From Phoronis australis (taxonomy: Eukaryota; Animalia; Phoronida), in assembly GCA_002633005.1 (NCBI GenBank), contig NMRA01000256.1:200784-264783 (forward strand): a stretch of DNA of 64,000 nucleotides, written 5' to 3'. Below, piece after piece: positions 10,701 through 22,700 of the stretch. The position numbers were made by a program, and so were the translations under genes. Under the pieces are notes generated by a model. That model saw only the letters and a list, made by a program, of their open reading frames with translations, did not search any database and had not been told where the DNA came from. Within the stretch, counting starts at the first letter, position 1; the number at the start of each line of letters is the position of its first letter.

Positions 10701-13700
10701 GCATTTACTAATAGCAATGATAATAATAATAACATTTTAAGTTCTACAAGATGAGGACAAACTATTTCAATTATGCATCTTTCTTGTCATTTACTTACAT
10801 AAGGGTGCATGTCGGCGTGCTAATGTTAGGCAATATTCCATCGCAGAATGTGGCAAATTTCACCCACGTTTTCCACTCAGTGGCCAGATTGTTTCTGTAC
10901 TGAATTGTCGCTGAACGATAGCTACTCTTGAGCTTGCTGTGGTATGAAACTGAGGCCACTAAGACAATAACCTACACAACAGAAGACAAGCACATAGATC
11001 ACTATCTGTCGCTAAGGACTCTTCGTAAGTTAACCAACATGTATTTGTTCCCAATGAGATTAAAGACAGAGAAATGATTCAACGGTGTGATTTCTTACCT
11101 CAAAATCCTGTTTCAAGTCCATAACGATACTGGCATTATTCATGTACGAGCTGGTCCATGTTGTATTCTGGCCGTCGTTGATCAGAGACGGGGTGCTGTC
11201 GTAAGCGAGTCTCGAAACAACGTTGGAGATTTGTGGAAAATCGTTAGTCGCACACAACGTGTCATTCAAGAACTAGAAAGGTCATCAGAAGATAAGTCAT
11301 CAATCGGTTATTGTAAGAAATGTTTGGCGTAAACTCTCTCCAGGTTTATGAAAAATAACCTTCTGATGCCAAATTGATGCAAATCCTGTCTTGAACTCAC
11401 CTTAACAGCAAAAAGAGAACTTCGGCAATATTCCACGGCAGATTGATCCGGAGACAGTTTCATGGAAAGTGACTTAAGTAAGACAGAAATTTGATCTTAC
11501 GCACCATAAAACGTATTATAAAAATTAAATCTCGCTTGACCAAAAATGCCAAGTCTGTCAGAATATACCCGTAACTGCTAGTGACTGAGAAAATTTCTAT
11601 GAATTATTTCAAGACTATGATGTTATACAGTTAAATCATCATCAAGCCACCGTGAAGAGGGAGCTTAAGATGACATCTGTGGAGAAGTCTTAAAGTCACT
11701 TTTCAATTTTGCTTCTATAGCTTAGGGACGTTCAACTAATATATAGGCTACAGATACGACGTTAATTTCTAAAATATAACTACAACACTGTACGTGTGCT
11801 TATTCACACGTGTTAGTCAAGTTATCTTATTTCAATTCTTGACAGAAACTTCCAGTGCTATTTTAAACTACGGAAGTGGTAGATTTGTATGACACAGCAA
11901 TGACTGCACTTTATGGGGGCAATAAACCTTCCTACTACCACAAAACCAATTTGCTTCACACGACTTTCCGTAATGAAATTGGTCTCAAACTGCTCACATT
12001 TGACGTTGAAGTTGATTTACTTGAGAAAACTGATAGCTTGCTGTTGCTTGAGACAAGGCTCTGCAAATTGTCTTGTCACGGCGGGTCATTTTATGCACTT
12101 AACATGTTCGCAACGAACAACTATCTTCAAGTTCTTTGCAAATCAGAAATCATTAGCCCATCTCATTCAGAACAATTTGAGATCAATTTTACATTGGTAA
12201 ATGGTCTCAATCAAAAGTTCGTTTGTTAGAAGAAAGACGGAGTCGTAACTCCTTGAAAGGGACATAATGAGGGAGAAAGGTTATGTTTTAAGTCAGCCTC
12301 AGCGCGGAATAGAACATGCAACCTTTGCGTTTGCAGACCAACGCTCGGCTCTCGGAGATAAACACACTAGATAAACGACAAAGTATCTTAAACAGTACAC
12401 ACCATGGATTTTTGCACATTTTGAATTACCGGTGGCCACAGACTGAATGTATGACGTAAAATTTAGCTAAACCCATGTTTATTTTGTGTAATTAGCTCAA
12501 AATTTTGATTTTTCTTTCAATTTTGCCAAATTTCACATTTCCCGCCATGTGACGTCATGGGTTGAACACAAGAGATCAGTGACTAGCATTGAACAATGGC
12601 GGAGACCAGGGAATTTGAAAGTGACGACGATTAAGAGCAAGAATTGAACGAATACTATGAAGAAACGTATGGGAATGGTGGCCAGGATGAGGAAATGGGG
12701 TTGCACGAAAGCGAGAACAAGTTTAATGTGCTTCCGGCTGCGTACTTTTCTACTTTGAGCCTTATGAACTGGATCCTCCCGCGAGAGAAGCGGCCTCGGG
12801 CTCGGCGAGTCAACCCAGTCATCCAACAGACGATCCTGAATTAAGAGCTGATGTTTCTGAATGATAAATATTGTCCTTTATTGAACCAGGCCTTCATCGT
12901 AACGTCTCATGTGACTGGAGTCGAAACACGAGTCCTCAAAGTGGGCAGAACACAGAGTGGCCCCGGACCGAATCGCTTGGTCCACGATGACGTCCCACAC
13001 TCTCGTTCGGCGCACGAAGTCATGCCACTTCTGCGCAACTTTGGTGTCCTTCGGAACACCGAGACGTTTTCCGCCTGGCTGCTGTTGCTGCAGCCTCCGG
13101 AAACACATCTTTTGATCCCTCTACGAACCTTCTCGACGCTAAATGTACTTTGCATTCTCTTCACTCTATACACTTTGTCTCTGATCCGAACGGTATTGCG
13201 AACGACTTGGGTTCAACCCATGACGTTGTACATAATTATTATTTTTTTCAATTTTTGCGTGTTTCTTTGTGAGCTGTGCACTAAAGGCACTGAAATCAAG
13301 TAAGATATAATAATAAAATTTATTTTGAGGTACTAGAGTACGTCATGTTGTGTACACTTTAAACATTTGTATGTGTTCGATACATTGGCCTTAATTACAG
13401 GCCAGCGAATGTGTGGCAGACAACGACGGGAATTGCTGGTTTGTAGTAAGATCGCATAACATCAATCTATTCCGTCCAACAAAAAATCCGAAAATTACTG
13501 TTTTCGGCTGTAAAATCTATAATTATGTCTTCTTCATTTTCGTGTCAATACCTTTGGGAAATCAGGCGGACATCTGCAACTGGCGAGATCCAGCATGCCA
13601 TGGTCTGGAAATGATCCGGAGTAAACTTCTTCGATTTCCCTACTTGTAAGTATTTTCTCGTAAAATCTGAAGTCTTGAATGTGTCCCAGGAAGACGTCTG

Positions 13701-16700
13701 TTAAGAAATAGATAGAAGTGACAAAGCGGTGGCGTTGGGGATTTCATAAGGTACCTCGTATAGGTCTAAAATGTAGGCTACTTGTTATGTAGTCTAGCGC
13801 ACTGCATGAGAAAGAAAGAAGGTGTCTTCAACTATTAATAGGAAACTCATCAAACTATATATTCTAAAAATCCTTCGGAGTCACAGAATTATATTCTGTG
13901 CATGAAAACAATGTTCAGAGGTACCTTATCAAGTGACAGCATTTTTGTCAAATATCACAATTTTAACGGAGATCGCTGTAATTTCCACAAATTCGGGTTT
14001 TTTCGCTCAAAACGTCCAAATTCTGCTGTTTTATCTTATTAGCTACGAAACTGTGTCTGGGATTTCTTATTAAGGCCTTTGAGCTCAAGAAATCCGATGT
14101 CAGATTTTGACGTCTTGATTTCTGACAGCAGATTTCTCGGGCTAAGATGTCCTAAAGCGAAATCACAGACACCATTTTGTACTTATAGAACACAGACACA
14201 GAATTTGAAAATTTCGTTGACGTCGAAATCATATGTACTGTCTCTTTCACTGTTATTGAAGTGGGTGAAGGTTGCGGTGTTCTTTGTGATTGACAGAATT
14301 TTGGCTGTAAGAGTTGCATTTGTTGCATACTGAAATTTGTACCTATTCCTGGTGAGTTGATCGACTCTCTTGACAAATGACTGGAGAGTTCTGAACATGC
14401 AGTGCTTGGCCCTTCTTCCGTGCTTGGTGTAGCTATTGGAGACAGATTCGGGGTTGTGATGTCGGTGTCTGTTGCGTAATAAGATATTATCGATTCCACT
14501 TGTAGTTGGTGAATGTTTCATTGGTGTTTTTGAGTGCCGTCAGAATTTGGTGTGTATGGCTTACATCTGTTGCTGTTGTATGTTGAAAGAAAGTGCTCCC
14601 TGCTCGTGATGAAATTTGTTCTGATACACCAGAGCTAGTTCTCTTAGCGAGTACTGATTTCTGAACTGGAAGTGGATATAAACTTATTAGGTGAGACCGC
14701 TCGCTTTCGTCTTATATTTCTTGTCTGTGGTGTGGTAGACATGCCTAACGCAATATAAAATTATATACTTTTCATAAGTTTCAAAAAATAATTTAAACAT
14801 GTAACGGTTCTTTGTCAGCAGCTGTAAATAAACGTGATTCAAATGCAACACTTTTGGAGACGGGGAAAAGCATTGTATTACACTGTTTTAACAAAAGATC
14901 TCCAGGTTGTTTCAGAGCACAAGTGGGGTGTTTTCGATAAAAAAAATCTTACCGTCCGGCTTTATGTATCCGGCTAGAGTAAATGTTTGATTATCAGAGA
15001 TCCATGCGTCAGATTTTAATAAATCCCTCTTGTGCCAGGTCTGCACTCCGTCGATGGATACCGTTACGTCTGGAAAACTGAACTGTAATTGGGAGAATGT
15101 TGTAGCATGAAAATGGAGAACAACAAACAATTTTATAGCTTTTTAAATTTCAGTTTTTAAACAGGAACAACGCAGGAACTTTGAAATGCGCCCACGCCAG
15201 CATTGCAAACGGTGTGGTTCTTGGGATGTTTACTTGTACCATAAAAATGGATGGCTCAGAATACCCTGAACTCATCCGAAAATGGTAAGGTGTCGTCATC
15301 TCTACCTGCTTTCAAGTTAAAAGGAATACAATTGCAAGGTTTCAAAAACATCTTGGAAGAGGTTTAGGAGATACAGCCATAGATGCGAAAAATGTCACTA
15401 CGGGGCACCACAGTAGTTGTAACCGCTTGCTTGAAAATCTACGTCAGTCATGCTGTTGTCATTAGGAACACATCTACCAATTTTCATGATAATCTGCACG
15501 GTTTGGCAGATACAGAAGAAAATGACAAAAACAGATTAATAATAATTAAATGGTCACTAGATGGCGCAAAATCCGAAAACAGGAACATGTCATCGGTTCT
15601 TTAACAGAAAGCAATTTACCTAATTTCATAAAAATCTATCAAGGAGCTCCAGAGAATGAGAGTAAAACGAAAAAAATGAAATTGCCACTAGGGGGTACAC
15701 CATTCGTCGGATCCGTTTGAAAACCGTTGTCAACTTCATATAAATATACTTGCTAAATTCAATAAAGATCCTCTAGAGGGTTTAGGATATACAGTCATGG
15801 GCGTAATAACTGCCCTGGAGAGACGCCACGGAACTCAAAGTCTTCGGAAAATCATCGTCAGCCGCCCTCTTCACAGTAGGAACATATACTGTACGTCAAA
15901 TTTTACTATCATCCTTAGAGTGCTTAGGCTATTAGAGGAGCAGACGCTAAAAACAGACTAGAAAACAGTAAAAATTGTCCCTAGGTGTAGCAATGAATCC
16001 ATCCAAAAACGGGAGGATAGCGTCACCTTCTTAATAAATACACATCTGCCAAATTACATGAAATTTCGCTGAGGACATTTGAAGATACCGAGCTAAACGT
16101 AAAAAATAAAAATCGCCACAAGGGGCACAACAGTAGCCCGATTCGTCCGAAAGTCATCATCATTCGTAGACAACTTCACCTAAATACACTTGCTGAATTT
16201 AATAAAGATTCTACAGACGTTTAGGATCGAGATACAGACATGGGTGCAAAAACAAACAAAGCTGATACCAGTAGGCGTCACAGTAGTCAAAGTCGTCGGA
16301 AAATCATCATTAGCTGCCCTCAGGACAGTAAGAACATATATACCAATTTTCACAATCATCCTTAGAGTGGATTGATTGATAGAGGGGCGGACGCCAAAAA
16401 CAGTAAAAACTGCCATTAGGTGACATGACATACCTCAAATCCACCTGAAAATGGAAGGATAACATCATCTCACAAACAGATGCCTAGCTGTCAAATTTAT
16501 GAAAATCCATTAAGGACCTCCGAAAAAACAGAGGTAAACGTAAAAAATTAAAATTGCCACTAGGGAGCACACCGGTTGTCGGATCGGTCAGAAAGTTCGC
16601 TCATGAAGTTCTATCTAAGAACAGAACATATCTGCAAAATTTCAGTAACATGCATTGAAGGGTTTTGGAGATAGAGTACCGGACGACGGACGTCCAACGG

Positions 16701-19700
16701 ACGCCAGACCGACACCGGAAGGACGCCGGCCGGACGCCGGACCGACACCGGACGGACGTCGGACCAACGCCGGATTGACGGAGATGACGGCATAATGCGC
16801 TCACATATAAGTATAGCTGCACCAAAAAATGCTAGTACATTGTTAGTCATCATCTCATATTCGATGTTGCTTTGGTACAGATGAACTATGTGCCCAGTCG
16901 TATTCATTACCACTTTCTCACCATTCGGCAACTTTATCGCCAGTGAGCATCCCCATTCACCACACCTGCAAAGACCGTACAAAAATGAAACAGGCGATAC
17001 AATGGTAGTCATATATGTTCAAAAGTCTGTTGTCACGTTCACAAAAATGCACAGGCCAACTTTCACAGCTGCGGATGCTACAAAACCAAACTGCCACTAG
17101 GGGGCGCCGCAACAGTCAAACTGTCTAAAAATTGCAAACCATGCTCTTCCCAGTATGAACACATTTACCAAGAAAACAAAATTGCCACTAGGAAGCGCTA
17201 TAGTAGTTGGTGTTGTCAAAAATCGTCGTCAGCCGTCCTCTGCCCAGTAAGAGCATATATGTCAATTTTCATAACCGGCAGACAGAGGCGCGGCCGCCAA
17301 AACAGACTCAAAAATAATAAAAACGGTTACTAGGCGGCGTGCACTACGTCAAATCCATCTGAAAACGGAAGATGCCATCACCTCTTTAATAGAAATCTAT
17401 TTGGCAAATTTCATAAGAGTCCGTCAAGTTACTCCAAAAATACAGAGGAAAACGGGAAAATAAATTTGCCACTAGGGGGCACAGCGGTCGTTGGATCCGT
17501 CCAAAAGACATCGTCACCAATTGTCACCTTTATGTAAAACCACTTGCCAAATATAACAAAGTTCTTGCCGAGGGTTTAGGAGATACAGCTATGAATGCAA
17601 AAAAACTGCCACTGGGAAGAGACGCTGTAGTCGGAACTATCCGAAAAACATCGACAGCCGTCTTCTGTCAAGTAAAAAAATGTATGCCAATTTTCATGAT
17701 TACCTTTACAGTGGTTTGGCGTCTAGAGGGTATCACGGGAAAACAGTAAAAATGGCCAATGTGTGGCTCAAAATACGTCGAATCCATTACAAAACGTAAA
17801 GTTGGCGTCATTTTCGTAATAGCTACCTAACTAATTACCAAATTTCATGAAAATCCCTCAAGGAACACCGAAGATAACAGAGGCCACCGTGATTCAAAGA
17901 GCATCTGAAACTAGACAAACCAACAGCCGTAGGGGGAACATATTTTGGCGACTGGGCATTCCATCTCTCTTGCGTCATCCAGGATCCTAGCCAGGGAACA
18001 AAATTGGCATACTCGTAAGCTCAAAGAGGCCATAAACATCACCAGTCAACGCCCTCTCTTGAACCGGGACCGAGGANTTACCCCCCCCCCCCCCTGTACT
18101 ACAGCATTCTTAAAGGCGGGAAATCCCTCATTCATCGATAAAGACCTGGCGGACCAGGTTGAAACGTCTGAAAACAACATACCTCGTCTTTAAGTAAGTG
18201 ACCTTCTTATGTACTACAATGCCTCTAGAGACCAATGACGAACCTATTCTCCAGGACCGAACTTATCACAACCGAGGTAAAACATTGATTGACTCGACAG
18301 CTCACACAAATTATATGAATAGAAAAGGCGCGTAACTCTTGACTCCAAAAACGTCCCTTCCGGAGTATAGCACGAGTAATTAATTGCATTACGAGAAGCC
18401 GAAATTAATTGAAAAGTATGTCTGGGATAATCAACTAACCTTATTTTTACTGAAAATGACATGAAAAGAGGTTGCCTTCACCTTTAAATTCCACATTCAA
18501 ACTTTCTACTTCAATACGTTTATTGGGCTAAATTCTTAAAGGAGCATGCCACCCAAAAACAATCTAATTTGTATCAATTTAGATCGAGTAGTTCTACTCC
18601 ATAACGACACGTACGGAGGCAAACGGAGGTGTTGAAATTATCCAATGACGTCATCGGTTTCACACGCAGTCTGTTCAGCAGTTCACAACACGGGTTACTG
18701 GTGTCAGCTTATCGCTTGAAGACATCGTTTAACACCAATAAATCATCAAACTTCGATGTAAAATCCTTAAAAATACACCGAGTTCTTATAAAAACGTGTC
18801 GTTTTATTTCGCTCTTACGGATTTATTGGTACTTGGACACACCGTAGCTTACAAAGTTCGGCAGGCCAATAAGGTCCGTAGCAGGAGTTTGGGGTCTGTT
18901 CGGAGATAATTTCGAAGTATTTTCCGTAAGATACAGACAGGAGAACCTAGATCTGTGTTGTTTAGACTTGTGATTTTTGGAGTTCTAAACACAAAACGCT
19001 TGTTATCCTGGCCAGTGGCTCCGAGCTCGATCAGGCCCGTCATGGCCGGCCGGATTGACTCCGAGTCGTTATCCCGGCCAGTGGCTCGGAAACTGATCAG
19101 ACATCACGAACATAAACCAGCCAAAGTTCAGTGGAAACTAAACTTCCAGTCAATAAAATACTATACTAGTGAGCCAAAGTAATATGCACCTGATTATGTT
19201 GGTGAATTAGCCACGAAACTGCAAATCTACTTACTCGTCGGGGCCGCGAATTCAGGTTCCGCTTTGGCCACAGCACCGTCAGGGCAGAAGTTGTACATTG
19301 ACAATCATTATTTGAGTAATGTAAATGTAAATAAAGATTCCCCTAACACCTGGCCGTGAGATGGAAATCGAGTTGTTTCACAACAGTTTCTGCCAGCAAA
19401 CACTAAATTAGCATGAGCTCAGACGGCCTCGGTGTCTCGTCAATTAGTTTTATTGCACCTAAACCCGGTAACGCCGTGATTTATTCATTGCTGGCTTCTC
19501 AAATCATTTGCACTCACGAACACTCCAAAGGTATTACAAATTGCATCTAATGAGACAGACTTTGTTTCAGTTTTATATAAGTATTGGTTAGGGTGAGAAT
19601 AATTCATTTTGAAACAGAACGCTCATTAATAAACGCCAACATGGCAACTCGCAATCCCGACTTAGGACGAGCTAGAGCTCATCAGTCCCGACTTCACAGG

Positions 19701-22700
19701 TGGATCGTTAAGTTTTACAGGTTATCAATTCGAACAGGAATACAGTGATGAAGAAATACTAAAGAGGCGCCGTGAACAAGCTCAGACAACGGAACGTATG
19801 GAGTTTTCTGGTAAGCCGGCATTCGTCAGGCACTGTTGACGTCTGCAGGCCACAGACACGGAGATGTTTCACGGCCTCATACTTGCTATTTACAGCGTAC
19901 ATTTCATTCTTCACTATCATGAGTCACTTCCTAAGCATTTCGGACTCTCGAGGAAGTAAAAAAGCGATATACCCGCTTTCCTCGCAGCTGCTTAGTTCGG
20001 ACAAGCCGGAACGATGCACCGCAACATAGCGGCATTCACTCTGCATATGAACCACTGACGTCGCTAGCGTCGTTTCTCACTCGTTCCTCGCAGGTTAACG
20101 CGACACCTCTTGGCAAGGCAAGGTCGACCGTACACGAGGCGAAATGGATATAGACCGATTAAGACGGCAAAAAATAGGTAAATCGGGTGGCATTCTCCTT
20201 TAAGTTTTAAAAATAGGCTACTCGTCGAAACGCACAGACTTGGCAATATGTTTTGCTCAAAATCACTACCTAAATTGTAAATTATAAACTCATTTACATT
20301 ATGCAAAATAATAACAACGCTTCCATGCAATCACAGACAATGAAAATGGCCCTCCGAATGATTATTCAGTGGTTCACCCACAAAAGTGGTGTCAAAATTC
20401 TCCACTTTTGAAGGGGCTAGCTAGCGCGTGCAAACTTAGGCCTCTTTTATTCATTTTTCTTGGGCTCTCTCAGATTGATGTTTGAAATTAATTAAGATAA
20501 TTTAGTCCTCATTTCAGGGTTTCGTATTTAGATAGTTGAATGCTAAAATTCCGTAACGAATGTACCTTTCATGTGTCACGTACCCGCGATCTGATTTTGT
20601 CAAGCCGAAATCGTATAGTTCAAACTTCAATAAGTAGTGTTAGCGGTGATGTATCTTTCGGTGAAGCATAGAACTCTAGCCAGGACTGGAGTTCTACAGT
20701 TGAAGCAAATAATCACCTTCATCTAGCCCATGTAGAATTAGGAATGCATGCTCGACGTAAACGAATTCTGCCACCTTAAACAATGGTTTCTACATGTGGC
20801 ACTGCCTGAGGCACTGTCGTTCCAAGTCGTCAACTGCAAACCACGATAAAATTGTAACCTCAGGACTGTCATCGGAAATGAGAGGGTCTCGGAAATATAC
20901 TTGCTAGAGCTGAAAGTTGGATTATTATTCCGTGTGCTGTGTGTGTAGAGATGACAACATCAGATAAACATCGCCCTGATTATTTCCAAACGTTTTCGTA
21001 ACCCCAACGTCACGGGCTCGTACATCAAGATAATTTTAAGAAAGGTATTAACCTGTCCATTTGAAAAGATTAAGTGTGCGTATCTTATGTTCGAAAAGAG
21101 GCTCTAACAATCAACGAAGCAGGATATGTACGTCTGCTTTCTTCGTACAAAAATAATTGCCAAAATTTACTTTTGTTTTATTCAAAGGTTTTTTATCTTG
21201 CTGCAAATCATAGCCAGTTACTGAAATATTGTTTTATGACGTCCGATGTAGGTTGCATAAAAGCTATACCTTGAATATGATTAATGGCGTGTCATGATAC
21301 CATTATTGAGCAATGTACTGGACGTCATGCAAAAATCGAAGTTATCCAGCTGATAAGTTATAAAGTTTCATGTAACCCAACCTTGCATAGTACAGAACAA
21401 GCTAATGATAAACTACGGTAAATTTTTCTTAATCTTTATCTTTGATGAGAATTTTGACAACGTGAAATTTCACCTGTCCGACATACCGTACGCAATTACT
21501 TTTTACCTGGAGTGTGACGTGAGTCCACCGTCCAAGAACGATCGTCCACAGCATGTCGGTCAGGGTAAATGTTGGATCCTTGACCGAACGCTGCTGCAGA
21601 AGTAGTGTGTCGTTGAGAAGTGAACACTGCATCACCCAAGAGTTCGTTTGGACTGTGAATACGTGGCTGAAAATGTTAAAAGTTGTACGAGTGGTACAAG
21701 CCATTGCCCCGATCACCTTTCAAGTTTATAAAACGTTTGAAATTACAATCCTGACTCGTGTTCGCTATGAAACGCAATTTTAGATTGAGATTGGTTTCAA
21801 CAACGTTGGTTTACACAGAATGTGATGAAATTAAATTAATAAAAACACAACCGAACATGACGCATATCACTACCGTACTAGTGCTGCAGATAAAAAGCGA
21901 TTCTATTGAAACTTCAGCAGGGATAGATGCAAGAAACTCAACGAAAAGCAAAATCACTCATGATCACTCATAATGACGTGAGTGAAAGGTATCGTGCAAT
22001 GATGACAGGCACTAAAATAATTGGTTAGTAAGGTTGCAATGTTGAATTATGGGATATAATTTAGTATTTCCGTTCCATAAGCGAAGAATTCTCACCGCAA
22101 GAGCTTCACGAGTATCATGAGTCTACGGAAGGGTACGCACCCCAAAACACGAATTGCAAATGCCAATCAATGCTCGAGTTTTCTGCTATTATTTATCATG
22201 GAGCTTTCCCGTTGTTTTTCAAAACCGCCTCAAAGCAGAAAACGCAAGCCGTGTTTTGTGTAACAGATTAGTAGCCTACTGTGTTTTTCAGGTCTTCATT
22301 TGAAGAATAAATTAAGTATGCATACCGTGTAATATTGTCTGTGATATTGTGTTTTATCCAAAAGGTCGCCGTCGACTGTTGTCCGATAATAGAATGATTC
22401 ATTTTAATAGGCTTTTCTACGCAACGCGTTATTCCGCTGTAGTAAAGTGCCTGTCCTGTGCTCCTGCTTCTCACAGTCGCCCCACAGCTCCACTTTGACG
22501 AAGTAAGTACGTCGATGTATTTCGGTGTAGACGTTCTTGTTGTACACACCTTGGGGCTGCAGTTTAGTTTCCTTTGTTGGCTCAAGATGACTTCTCCAGA
22601 ACAGGAGACAGAAGCGCCGTCTGGATTCTCGTTTACAACCACCGGCTTACCGAGAGCCACGTTGAATTCTCGAGGATACCACAGACCGGACGCGGAACCA

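Noticed and set aside
11876-12229. 117-aa plus-strand ORF inside a receptor intron
   Set aside because: No recognisable motif, non-ATG start and no partner exons found.
13400-13550. FGFxLDG-like text resembling a duplicated IPT exon
   Set aside because: Needs several frameshifts; likely chance.
16830-16965. Minus-strand exon-like segment CGEWGCSLAIKLPNGEK... with ctttgcag acceptor
   Set aside because: Its open frame is not phase-compatible with the phase-0 intron, it would split the LamG motif, and it sits between repeats with no clear donor.
20590-21052. Minus-strand exon-like stretch with FLILHGLDE (NACHT Walker-B-like) as a receptor exon or NLR remnant
   Set aside because: Stops in every frame, no Walker A seen, and exon 2 splices cleanly to 15082 without it; too weak to call without a search.
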